Positions 13,635 through 23,700 of a stretch of DNA of 50,000 nucleotides are shown here, piece by piece; positions within the stretch are counted from its first letter, which is position 1; every line of letters starts with the position of its first letter. A program made the translations under genes and the position numbers. A model generated the notes under the pieces. It made no database searches. It saw only the letters and a list, made by a program, of their open reading frames with translations, and was not told the origin of the DNA. Source of the stretch: Polypterus senegalus (taxonomy: Eukaryota); the NCBI RefSeq assembly GCF_016835505.1, contig NW_024382994.1, positions 1-50,000 on the forward strand, given 5' to 3'.

Positions 13635-13766
13635 GTACCTACATACCATGCAAAGAGGTGCAGGTGCTCGAGAAGATCCAAGCCACAGTTATCCAACACA
13701 ACCAGGCCATTCGCCTGCGAGCCAGAAAGGAAGGAGTTGACCGTGGAGGAGTGGAAAGGGTGACTG
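13635..13766 (+). CDS. mvp: mvp coding exon 4 ([44 protein letters not shown])
   Basis: Acceptor is tcatcag|. Donor is G|GTGAGG at 13767. The sequence matches human [32 protein letters not shown]...RVTG. Confidence 0.9.
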
Positions 13767-13847
13767 GTGAGGAAGAGTTTAGCACCCTTAGCTGAATTTA
13801 AAGTAAAGAGGGGGCTGCTGCTTAAACAGGTGTTTCTGTTTCCACAG

Positions 13848-13942
13848 GAGAAGAATGGCTGGTCAGAAAGGTGGGTGCCTACCTCCCCGGCGTCTATGAA
13901 GAGGTGGTGGACATCGTGGAAGCGTACATCCTGACAGACAAG
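13848..13942 (+). CDS. mvp: mvp coding exon 5 ([32 protein letters not shown])
   Basis: Acceptor is tttccacag|. Donor is AAG|GTGAGG. The sequence matches human [31 protein letters not shown]. Confidence 0.9.
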
Positions 13943-14036
13943 GTGAGGGTGTGAGCAGCTCACTGCCTGGTCTGGCCACTGGGGTCATCTAAGGGATCTG
14001 GAGAAGTGTAAACTAACTCCCTTTACCGTTTTCTAG

Positions 14037-14273
14037 AAAGCTCTTCATGTCCGTGCCTTGAAGCCTTTCCGCGACTTCCGTGGAAATAACCGACGGACAG
14101 GAGAAGAGTGGCTCATCACCAACGACGAGGCTGAAGCCTACATCCCGGAGGTGTCTGAGGAGGTGGTGGGTGTTGTGGAAGTCACGACTTTGGACCCCTG
14201 GCATTACTGTGTCATCCTGGATCCTGTGGGACGTGACGGCAAACCACAGCTGGGCCAAAGGAGAGTGGTGAAG
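14037..14273 (+). CDS. mvp: mvp coding exon 6 ([79 protein letters not shown])
   Basis: Acceptor is ttttctag|. Donor is AAG|GTGGGG. The sequence matches human [28 protein letters not shown]...[22 protein letters not shown]. Confidence 0.9.
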
Positions 14274-14335
14274 GTGGGGGAGGTCATCTGCACCTGCTTA
14301 ATCCAATTCAGGATTATTGTTGACCACAATCTTAT

Positions 14336-14700
14336 CTGTCTATCTATCTATCTATCTCACCAAATGTGATCTGTTATATAGTGCCTTTTACAGCTGTCTG
14401 TCTATATTTTACCTTTCACATCTGTCTACATGTCATTCTAGCATATAGTGCCTTTTCACGTTTATTTACCTATCTATCTTGATAATTATATAGTCCCCTT
14501 ACTATCTTATTATATAGCAGAACTTCTATTTTTTTAATTTATCATATAGTGCCTTTCACATATATCTATCCATCTTTCAATTGTACTGTACAGTATTGCA
14601 CCTTTCCTGTCAATTGTATCTAAAAAGTCTTTATAAAACAAAGACAGATAGGAACAATAAAATAGGCCTTTCACTATTTATCTCTATCCGTATCTCCCCA
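14336..14700 (+). repeat. (TATC)n followed by a satellite-like tandem array of ~50-60 bp units (atatagtgcctttcacat(c/a)t(g/a)tcta...) in mvp intron 6
   Basis: There are 5-6 unit copies with a shared core. The same family is at 42190-42960 in reverse orientation. Confidence 0.6.
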
Positions 14701-14745
14701 TCCCTTTATAAAGTTTCTTTTTTTATTTATTTATTTTCCATACAG

Positions 14746-14871
14746 GGTGAGAAGTCCTTCTTCCTACAGCCTGGTGAACGGCTGGAAGAAGGGATTCAGG
14801 ATGTCTACATCTTGTCTGAGGAGGAGGGCCTGGTGCTGAAGGCTATCAAAGGTTTCACTGATACACAACTG
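14746..14871 (+). CDS. mvp: mvp coding exon 7 ([42 protein letters not shown])
   Basis: Acceptor is ttttccatacag|. Donor is CTG|GTATGA. The sequence matches human [33 protein letters not shown]. Confidence 0.9.
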
Positions 14872-14997
14872 GTATGAAGGATTGTGTTTTTTGGGGGGGG
14901 TGCATGATAATCCAGGAAATGGAAGTGCACAGTTGATAGAGTTTGGCTTCATGAATTGGAGGTGCTTTGCCTCATCTTAGTGTTTTCTATGCACCAG

Positions 14998-15177
14998 GTG
15001 GATAAAGATGGAGACGAGGAGACGGAGGAGGTGACCCGGCGCCCTGGAGACTGCTGGATGCTACGTGGACCCCTGGAATATGTGCCTCCGGTAGAAGTGG
15101 AGGTGGTGACGAGGCGAAAAGCCATCCCGTTGGATGAAAATGAGGGCATCTACGTGCGTGACATGAAGAGTGGCAAG
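14998..15177 (+). CDS. mvp: mvp coding exon 8 ([60 protein letters not shown])
   Basis: Acceptor is tatgcaccag|. Donor is AAG|GTGAGA. The sequence matches human ...[44 protein letters not shown]. Confidence 0.9.
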
Positions 15178-15387
15178 GTGAGAGACTATAGCGGGTCAGC
15201 AACTGAGTGCCTTCCTCCACAAGCTACAGCAGTCCAGCGTTCTTGTCTTTTTAGATGTCTCATTATGGAGAAAGCAGGATTGACCAGCTTCTTGTGTTGA
15301 ATTGTTCACATGTTCTTGTGTCACCCTGTGAATTTTTCATCCTTTTGCTAGCAGTAAGCAAGACCCTCCTCTCTCTTCCCCCTCCAG

Positions 15388-15626
15388 GTTCGAGCCGTCA
15401 TTGGGGAGACCTACATGCTCACCCATGATGAGGAGCTGTGGGAAAAGGTGCTGCCCAACAACGTGGAGAAGCTTCTGGCTGAAGCCAAGGACCCTTTAGC
15501 TGACCGCTCAGAGAGGCAAAGTACCTCCTCGACTTTGCCCATCAGAGATCGGACCAGAGTGGTGTCTTACCGGGTGCCTCACAATGCTGCCGTCCAAGTT
15601 TATGATTACAGGGACAAGAAAGCTAG
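15388..15626 (+). CDS. mvp: mvp coding exon 9 ([79 protein letters not shown] + ag)
   Basis: Acceptor is ccctccag|. Donor is AG|GTGAGC. The sequence matches human [23 protein letters not shown]...[24 protein letters not shown]. Confidence 0.9.
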
Positions 15627-15720
15627 GTGAGCAGGGTGGGGTTAGAAGGTGGTGGACACCACCAGGGATGTCTTTAAATTATTGGGATTGTAATAATGAG
15701 GATGTCTGTCTGTGGCACAG

Positions 15721-15918
15721 GGTGGTCTTTGGACCAGAAATGGTGATGCTGGGTCCTGACGAGCAGTTCACAGTCCTCAGCCTGTCTGGAGATCGGCCTA
15801 AGAGATCCAATGTGATCAAAACCATCTGCCTGCTGCTGGGCCCTGACTTCTGCACCGATATCATCAACATCGAGACCGCTGACCACGCCAGGCTGCAGTT
15901 GCAGCTTTCCTACAACTG
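15721..15918 (+). CDS. mvp: mvp coding exon 10 ([66 protein letters not shown] + tg)
   Basis: Acceptor is tgtggcacag|. Donor is TG|GTAACA. The sequence matches human [66 protein letters not shown]. Confidence 0.9.
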
Positions 15919-16003
15919 GTAACATCTGCCTGCTTGCATGTGTAGACGCCTCTTCAACTCTCAAATATTTTTCAAACTTTTACCAATTTCTTCTGTGTCT
16001 TAG

Positions 16004-16148
16004 GCACTTTCATATTAAGGACAAGTCTGACACTGTGGAGGCGTCGTGCATCTTCAGCGTCCCAGATTTTGTGGGCGATGCCTGCAAAGCCATTGCCTCT
16101 CGCATACGTGGAGCCGTGGCCTCCGTCCAGTTTGATGACTTCCACAAG
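16004..16148 (+). CDS. mvp: mvp coding exon 11 ([49 protein letters not shown])
   Basis: Acceptor is tgtgtcttag|. Donor is AAG|GTAAGG. The sequence matches human [48 protein letters not shown]. Confidence 0.9.
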
Positions 16149-16235
16149 GTAAGGCAATGGGTTTTTCTTAGCCAGGGTTGGCGCCCCATCAGACTTGTGG
16201 CCCTGGTCAACTCAACCCTCCTGCCTCTCTCTCAG

Positions 16236-16447
16236 AATTCCAATCGGATCATCTGCTCGGCCGTGTTTGGCTTCGACGACACCATGAAGGTGCGCAACAA
16301 TTTCACATTCCCCCAGAATAACCTGGTGATCACCAGCGTGGACATCCAGTCGGTGGAGCCCGTCGACCAGCGCACCCGGGATGCCCTGCAGAAGAGCGTG
16401 CAGCTGGCCATTGAGATCACTACCAACTCACAGGAGGCAGCAGCCAG
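16236..16447 (+). CDS. mvp: mvp coding exon 12 ([70 protein letters not shown] + ag)
   Basis: Acceptor is ctctctctcag|. Donor is AG|GTCTGT. The sequence matches human NSARIIRTAVFGF...[48 protein letters not shown]. Confidence 0.9.
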
Positions 16448-16859
16448 GTCTGTCCTCCATTGAGGTGGGGGCTTTGGATTCATGTGTGAATTGGCATCCA
16501 GCAGGGCATACTCGAAGCTTTAAGCTGGCAGTCCTCTGTGTCTTAGTTGTGAGGCTTTATTCAGCATTTCATCTGCTCAGTTTGCTTTTCCTAGACTGAG
16601 TGTTTGCTTTGTGAGAGCGGGTGGGACACTTTTGGAGAACAGAGCCTGAAATTGAGGAAGTAGAGGAGAGCAGGTTCTCTCACATCCTTGTATTATTTGT
16701 TTTGACAGCCCTCTGAATGAATCATAATAGGGGGCGGGGCATGTAGATGGGCACAATGGCTCTCACCGATATCTCCTCCTGCTAGCTGACATCTATCAGC
16801 CTCACACTGAAGGCCCCAATTGATGTTTTACTCAATGGTGCTCCATTCACTTTCAACAG

Positions 16860-16976
16860 GCATGAGGCTGAACGCCTGGAGCAGGAGGCTCGTGGCAAGC
16901 TGGAAAGACAGAGGATCACAGATCAGGCTCAGGCCGAGAAGGCAAGGAAGGAGCTGCTGGAGCTGGAGGCACTGAG
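16860..16976 (+). CDS. mvp: mvp coding exon 13 ([39 protein letters not shown] + ag)
   Basis: Acceptor is ctttcaacag|. Donor is AG|GTGAGG. The sequence matches human [39 protein letters not shown]. Confidence 0.9.
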
Positions 16977-17203
16977 GTGAGGGGAGACAGGTGGCATGAA
17001 GTGGCATTTGGGAAGCTGTGTGGGTGGGAAAGTCTGAAATAGCAGTGCCTGACATGTTGATGAACCTCCTGGTGGACGGTCAGAAGGACAGACACTTGTA
17101 CTGCAGACATGATGAGAGAACACTTGTCGTCTGTGCCATCTGCAGAATATATTTGCCTGAGCTGATAGAACATTCAAATCTCTTTTCTACTTGATTTCCA
17201 CAG

Positions 17204-17330
17204 TGCTGCGGTGGAGAGCACTGGTGCGGCAAAGGCCGAGGCTCAGTCCAAGATGGAGGCAGCAAAGATTGAGGGTGACTGTGCAGTGATGCAAGCCAAT
17301 CTGAAGTCACAAGCCCTGAAGATCGAAGCG
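17204..17330 (+). CDS. mvp: mvp coding exon 14 ([43 protein letters not shown])
   Basis: Acceptor is ttgatttccacag|. Donor is GCG|GTGAGT. The sequence matches human [41 protein letters not shown]. Confidence 0.9.
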
Positions 17331-17394
17331 GTGAGTACTGACAGCCTCTGGCCACTTGGGCAAACTGGAGTACCTACCTACCTGTCTGTCTGTA

Positions 17395-17660
17395 CATTAT
17401 GAAGCCTTATCTATCTGGTGTTTTTCTATCTAATCCTGCCAACTATACCAAATTTTTTCTATTTGTCTAGTCCTGCCAACTACGCTAAAATGTCTCTGTC
17501 ATTTTAGCATAGTTAGCAGGATTAGATAGACAGACAGACAGACATTTTAGCGTAGTTGGCAGGATTAAACAGACAGACAAGACAGATAGAAAGAATTTGG
17601 TATAGTTGGCAGGATTAGATAGACAAACAGACAACTATACCAAATTCTTTCGTTAAGTTT
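17395..17660. repeat. inverted-repeat (hairpin) element in mvp intron 14: atctaatcctgccaactataccaaatt ... aatttggtatagttggcaggattagat with (agacag)n centre
   Basis: Two to three copies of the terminus motif ttggtatagttggcaggattagatagacagacag appear in opposing orientations. This is the same terminus as the 42190 array. Confidence 0.55.
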
Positions 17661-18862
17661 CTGGTTAGAATAGCTTTTGCAAAGACAATTAACAAATCTC
17701 ATAGCCAAACATTCAAAAAAGTTGTTTTATTTAATATAGAGAAATGAAATTCAGTCACAGGCAGTTATACGTTGTGTCGATGCATATGTAACAATTCCCA
17801 TGAAAATACAAATCTGTGTAAATTGTACATCCGCATCCCCATACGCGAGTGGCAGAACCGCAAAGAGGCTCATCAAGGCTACTCCTTCACAAGAAGTCAG
17901 CCCGCGTATTTACCGACTCACAGGAAAAGGCACGTGGGGGCAATCTGGCGCGTCTCTCACTCAACGCTCCGATATCTCACTGTTTTCTCTCTCCGTCATT
18001 GTGTTGTGTGTGTGCGTTTAATTGGAATCGCATAACCATTGATTACGGCGGAATTTGTTACATCAGTTTGGATGGATTCTTGTTTAGTCATCGATCCTGA
18101 ACACGTATGCAAAATTTGAAGAAATTCGCTTTGCCAAAAGTGGATTTAAAATCAGTTGCCAGATTTGACCCCGACAAGCAAACAGACAGAGGAGTCACAT
18201 TCGATAAAATCGTTTAATAAAACACTCGACGTTCAATCCACACTCACCTGACACTACAGACGGCAGAAAAGCGCTCATTTCAGACGTCTGTGTGGACAGG
18301 GCCTAACTTTCTTATCCAGTTCAGGCTTGCTGACTTTAACTGAGGAAATGCCGAAGACCCTTTCTGTTTTAGGCAAATGGAGATTAAGGGGTGACGTGAC
18401 TGAAGTGTTTGAAATTATGAAGGGCATTATTATGGTGGGCCAACAAGAACAAGGGAGTTAAGGGTAAATTTTGTACAGATGTTAAGTTTTTCTTCAGGTG
18501 AAGAACCACAGGCACATGGAATGAATGCCCAAGTAGTGTGGTGGAGAGCAGGACTTTAGGGACCTTCACATCTCAACTTGATGCTGTTGTGGAGAATCTC
18601 AGTAGGATCAGTAGTTAGTTGGGCTCATCGGCCTGCTCTCCTCACAGTTGCTCTCATGGTCACAACATTGACAAGCTTTTCTATGCCATTGACAAATATG
18701 GCTTCTCAACGCCCCCCTTGCCTGAGGATTCTTCAGCATTTGCTCCCAAGTGCCTTCACTCTGTGCATCTCTCTCCTCGTGGCACACTGTGGATCTTCCT
18801 GATGTTCCAGTGCCCTAATTCCTTCCACCATCACCCCCCCAACCCGCCCTTTCTTGTTTCAG

Positions 18863-19051
18863 GAGGCAGAGCTGGCCCGGCTGGTGAAGGCTCGCGAGCA
18901 GGAGCTGGAGTACGTCCGTGAGCAGGACAAACTGGAGGTGGACAAGGCAGCCAAGTTGGCCGAACTGGAGATCAAGAAATTCCAGGAGATGGTAAAGAGC
19001 ATCGGGGCAGACACCATCAAGGACATTGCCACGGCTGGCCCAGAGCTTCAG
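18863..19051 (+). CDS. mvp: mvp coding exon 15 ([63 protein letters not shown])
   Basis: Acceptor is ttcttgtttcag|. Donor is CAG|GTGCGT. The sequence matches human ...[23 protein letters not shown]. Confidence 0.9.
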
Positions 19052-19141
19052 GTGCGTCTTTTGGCCGTCGGTGCCTTTGTCTGTGTACCCCTGGCACAAA
19101 CTTACGTTTTGGTGTTTTTTATTTTTTTGTTGCCTCTTCAG

Positions 19142-19276
19142 GTGAAGATGCTTCAAGGCCTTGGCCTGCAGTCGACACTCATCACCGACGGCTCATCGCC
19201 CATCAACCTCTTCACCACTGCACATGGCCTGCTTGGCTCCCTTAAGCCCATCGAGGGAAAAAGTAGCAGTGGGTGA
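19142..19276 (+). CDS. mvp: mvp terminal coding exon 16 ([44 protein letters not shown], stop TGA 19274-19276)
   Basis: Acceptor is ttgcctcttcag|. The sequence matches human [38 protein letters not shown] lies 143 nt downstream. Confidence 0.9.
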   Translation: MKMLQGLGLQSTLITDGSSPINLFTTAHGLLGSLKPIEGKSSSG

Positions 19277-19418
19277 CACGGAGAGAGACTCGGTGGGGAG
19301 CACCGGAGAACCGAGTCATGCCAAAGAGAGAGAAGATGCCCTGACTGTGTGCTGCTTTTCCCGCTTCTGGCCGAGGCTGCCTTTCTGAACCTTTGCACTG
19401 TGTATTCTGCTCTGCTGC

Positions 19419-19424
19419 AATAAA
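19419..19424 (+). promoter_or_regulatory. mvp: polyadenylation signal AATAAA of mvp
   Basis: It is the only AATAAA shortly after the stop, in the context ctgctgcAATAAAgataacc. Confidence 0.6.
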
Positions 19425-21539
19425 GATAACCTTCTGTACGGAGTGAGATGCTTTCTTAATCCCTTAATGGCCTGCTGGCCTCATTCCCAGACTTGATTGA
19501 GCAGCAAGGCGCTAGTTTAGTGATTCATCACAAAGATATTTCAGGAAGTTGATTTCACGCTATGGGCAGTGCCAGTGCCAGTGCTCATGTTGGGGAATTA
19601 ACACAAGTGCATCTCGGTGAGGGACACAAGTGAGAGGACATCCACCTTCTTCAGGTCAGCTTCTAACCTACATGGACCAATCAGAGTGTAGACAGAGTGA
19701 GCATGCATTGTCCCACCTTCCACCTCCAGAGGATGCTGCAGAAAAGGAAGGCAAACCAAAGCTCAGCCTACATGGCGATTCCAATCCAATTCCCCTTTAT
19801 GCCAGATGGCATGAATGGCAGCAACAAAGTTCCACTACTTACGTCCGTCTTGGGTGAAGTTTCTGTGTGGCGTCCAAAGCTGTGGTTCAGTTCTCTCCCC
19901 AAAGTTCACCTCCAGGTGTTCTTAGGCCTGCCTGTCTTACGATTGCCTCCTTAAGGGTCCCGAGTAGAACTCTTCTTGTGATGAAGTCTTGCTCCAGTCC
20001 ATCTCCACTTGATGATGATGATGATGGTACCCATGCTGTGTTGCTTGCAGCTGGTGAGCAGCTCTTGATTTGAGAAGGTTCATAGCCAGAAAATATGAAG
20101 GACTTTGCTCAGGCTACTGGTGTGGAATGTCGACAGTTTGGAAATGACTCCTTCTGTCATCCGGCAGCATTCTGATCCTACAAGAGTGTGAAGACAATGC
20201 AGCTCTGGTAAAGCCTTCACTTGGTGTTGATACCACACTTTCGGGCTTTGCTCAGTCTGCTGTTGATGTCAATACGTGCCCTTCCATCATGTCTGACAAT
20301 GCTGCCCATGTAAATATGTCCTCTCCATCCACCTTGATCAGCGAGGGTCTTGAGATGTTAAGTGCCGTGATTTTCAAATTCCTTGATGCTGACATTCCAG
20401 CCCACTTACACTGTATAGATGTTAAGGTGAGGGTCTCTTTCTGTCCGTGCTGGCGTCTGTGAGAGCAAAGTGAGCTCATCTGCTTGCTTTAGGTCCTCCA
20501 GAGTAGAAGACGAGGTCCATCGGTTTCCTCTCGCGTGATCTTTTGTTGTGCATCACATCACCCAGTTGATGACCACATTAAAATGCGACACTGACATTAC
20601 AATTGGCCTACGTAAGAAGTTTTTTCAGTTATTCTCTTAACCAATTCAGTGAAAGGAAAAAGCAAAGTTTTACACGCCAAGGTGTCCTCCTGCTGCACAG
20701 CAAATCCTCCCCACCACAGCTTCTCTACTTCTTTAAGGGCTGGCTTGGTTCTCCCCATGTCTGTGTATTCACTTTATGACTAAGGGTCCTAAAGGGACAT
20801 GGGGGCTGAATGCCGTCTTTGTAGCATCGGGTGCAAGGCAGTCATCAGTCCGTGACACGGCCCAGTCCCTCGTACAGGGACAGTTAACAGGTCCTCGTCA
20901 CGGTGCCACCAGAGGGAGACACTGCGCTGCTGGGAGTTCATAACCAGGTGAGTTACTGCACCATGACTGATGGGGAAAGCTACAGTTCAAATCTACTATG
21001 ATGGTGATTCACCCGGAAGTGAAAAAACAAAGCTAATAATCCAGAAAGTACTGGAAAAAGAAATCATTTTTACTAAGCTACATATGACAATATGGCAAGG
21101 TCCTAGCTGTTGAGACACAAAGAAAATGAAATTACAACTCTGTGGCAATCAAAAAGCTGTTATCTTTATCCAAGGTATGTGCAGTACCTATAAAAAGTAT
21201 TTACTACTTTGGAAGTTTTCACATTCCATCGACCTTAATAAAATAACTGTGTGTGTGTGTGTGTGTCTGGCTGGCTGCTATGTCTCTGTCAGTCCAACAG
21301 ATTTTCTCTGCCTCCACTCTTGAACTCCAAGTTGGTGAGGTTAACTTCACTGAACACCCCAAGTAGGTGGCACTGACTCCAATAGGGTCTAGCTGTAGAC
21401 CCCCAGAACTCCACCCTATTACACTAGGATTACAATTAGCATTGTGGGAGGGTTATGGGATTCAAATAATGTCAAGTACTGTCAAGTAAATTAGCGAATT
21501 CCAGAGATACCAGACACTCAATGTTTTTAGTAAAAAAAT

Positions 21540-21930
21540 GCATTTGTCATTCCAACAGATGGCACATCACAAACATTAACGCTGCTTTTATGGATCCCAT
21601 CCCAAATGGCACATCACAGAGACATATTGCATTATGTTTGTCATTCCAACAGAGGGTGCATCACAAACATTTGTGGTAAAGCGTTTTATTACTGCAAATG
21701 TTTGTGATGCACCCTCTGTTGGAATGTCAAGTACAATGCACTTCATCACTACATGCATTACAAAACACATTGCAATAGATGGCACACTGCAACCGTTAAC
21801 ACTGTGGTCTTCATTGATTACTTGGATTTCAGCCCATCTTAGACAGGTAGCACATAAACAGCTAATACGGCACATCACTCTACTACTACATATTGACATT
21901 TTCTGCTTTTCAGTGTCAAAAAAGCCAAAT
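21540..21930. mobile_element. cluster of hairpin MITE copies (family motif (c)cattccaacagatggcacatcacaaacatt); includes a perfect 32-bp-stem palindrome 21643-21726
   Basis: cattccaacagagggtgcatcacaaacatttg ... caaatgtttgtgatgcaccctctgttggaatg are exact reverse complements separated by a 20 nt loop. Related copies lie at 21553, 21775 and 46930-47470. Confidence 0.65.
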
Positions 21931-22106
21931 TAAGCCCATTGTTATTCAATGTTGTGTACTTTTTAAAGACACTGTTCACCCCCAAACTTTTAAACTCGAT
22001 GGGATTCACGCATTCAATCCCAGTTGGTGAGGCTGAGCCATTCCTGTTAAACTGTGACAACCCACATACCAAGAAATACTTTTCATAAAATTTTTAATTC
22101 TTCCCC

Positions 22107-22108
<2 letters not shown>

Positions 22109-22145
<37 letters not shown>

Positions 22146-22160
22146 TAATAATAATAATAA
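22109..22160. repeat. (AAT)n microsatellite
   Basis: Visible as aataataataat... with about 17 units. Confidence 0.9.
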
Positions 22161-22262
22161 ACACAAATACCCACACAAACAGAAGGGCAGAAATAAAACA
22201 AATGTCTCCTCTACAAGTGCACTAATTTCACTTTCATCCCTGATTCTTCAGCTTCTTCTAAC

Positions 22263-22526
22263 CATCCATCCATTATCCAACCTGATATATCCTAACTACA
22301 GGGTCATGGGGGTCTGCTGGAGCCAATCCCAGCCAACACAGGGTGCAAGGCAGGAAACAAACCCCTGTGCACCTTCACCAGCCCACCACAGGGCACACAC
22401 ACCCACACATCAAGCACACATTAGGGACAATTTAGGATCTCCAATACTGTACACCTAACCTGCATGTCTTTGGACTGTGGGAGGAAACCCACGCAGACAC
22501 GGGGAGAACATGCAAACTCCACGCAG
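22263..22526 (+). mobile_element. SINE copy, 3'-truncated
   Basis: It shares head and core with the 332 and 26928 copies. Confidence 0.7.
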
Positions 22527-22764
22527 CCCCTTCTTCTAACCACCTAATGCTAACATTTGGCTCTCTAGTATTTCCTAAAGCTGATTTTTATTTTATACTT
22601 GCCTGGGTCTGCATGGACATGTTTATAGAAAGGGTTAAAGAAAGAAGCAAAGATTTCTGTGTTTTATTTTTTGTTTTTTTTTCAATGGCGCCCCTTTTGT
22701 TTTTGCTAGCTGTCCCATCCATCATCCACACTGCCTCTCTATCGATGTCTCTGCTCTCGTGAGT

Positions 22765-22830
22765 CGACAATTTGTTGTTTTTGGGGTCCGACTGGATTCC
22801 AGAATTGCAGTAACTCCTTGCTGGGTTGTA
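22765..22830 (-). repeat. short interspersed repeat shared with 49555-49625 (+) (tggttacaac(c/t)ca(g/a)c(a/g)aggagttac(t/a)g(c/a)aattctggaatccagtcggaccc)
   Basis: There is about 85 percent identity over ~65 bp between the two loci. Both yield ORF fragments of the form MVTTQ.GVT.ILESSRT. Confidence 0.45.
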
Positions 22831-23249
22831 ACCATGAATGCGAAAAGCCGACAAAGCAGGAGTTTAATAACATCCGTCGGATTGTCCTTTGCATTGCGCT
22901 GCACTTCCAGTCTTGCTCAAGCCTCACCCGACTTCCCCCCTACAAAACCCCGGATGCTGATTTGTACGTTACAGTAGATGGGGTAGCAGGCAGCGTTACC
23001 TTGCTAAATTATGACACGTTCTTGTCATTTCGTCTGTCGGTCTGGTGAACTTGAAAGCTGCCTGCTGCAACTCTTCTCGGACTCTTCTGCTGTTTCAACA
23101 GACCTGCTGCTCTCATTTCATCGTCTCGATTCCAGGATGGCAAAATTCCCAAAATGAACAATTCGCCTATTGAGGAGTTGAGCCGTTTCCAAAAAGGCTG
23201 AGCTCAGTTGCGGCACAGCTGTGTCATGCTTATGGAAACTTTTACTAAA

Positions 23250-23700
23250 AAAGGCTGGCGGGCGAACTTTGCAACTTCTAGTTTTGCCGCACCACACCTC
23301 TTGGTGGCAGCAATATAGTGAAGCGCGTCACGTAGTTTGTCCCTCACGGCGCCCACTACTAGTCTGCCGCGCCCGCCAAAGGGTTCCCATGACAACGCTT
23401 CTGGCAACGCGGGGCTTACTTCCGGCAGCAAGGCGGTTAGAAGGAAAACGCAAAGACAAATCTGTTACTAACGCTAAGGTAAATATAAATCGATAGAATA
23501 AAATGAATAGAAAGCAAAATAAATAAACTGATCACCGAAAAAATTGTTAGCGACCATGAGGACGAGGGAAAACCAAGGTTGTGCCCGTGGAGTGGGATGT
23601 GCCCGATGCTGTAGCCGTGTGCGGGTGTCAGTTTTAAAGGGTTATGGTGGGCGTAAAGAGTCGAATAGAACGGTCACCGAGGGAAAAAGATTTAAAAATG
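23250..23700. promoter_or_regulatory. CpG island / candidate promoter with candidate + strand donors (ctaag|gtaaat ~23478; caaag|gtaagtg ~23977); possible first non-coding exon of the cysteine-rich gene
   Basis: A CpG-dense stretch (gcgcgtcacg, gccgcgcccgcc, acttccggcagc ETS-like) sits in an otherwise AT-rich intergenic region. It lies 5.4 kb upstream of the exon-29104 acceptor. Confidence 0.3.

Noticed and set aside
20860-20950. Possible exon ending at accag|gtgagtt (~20946)
   Set aside because: No open frame with recognisable protein similarity precedes the donor, and I could not link it to any gene model. It is possibly lncRNA or repeat, left uncalled.
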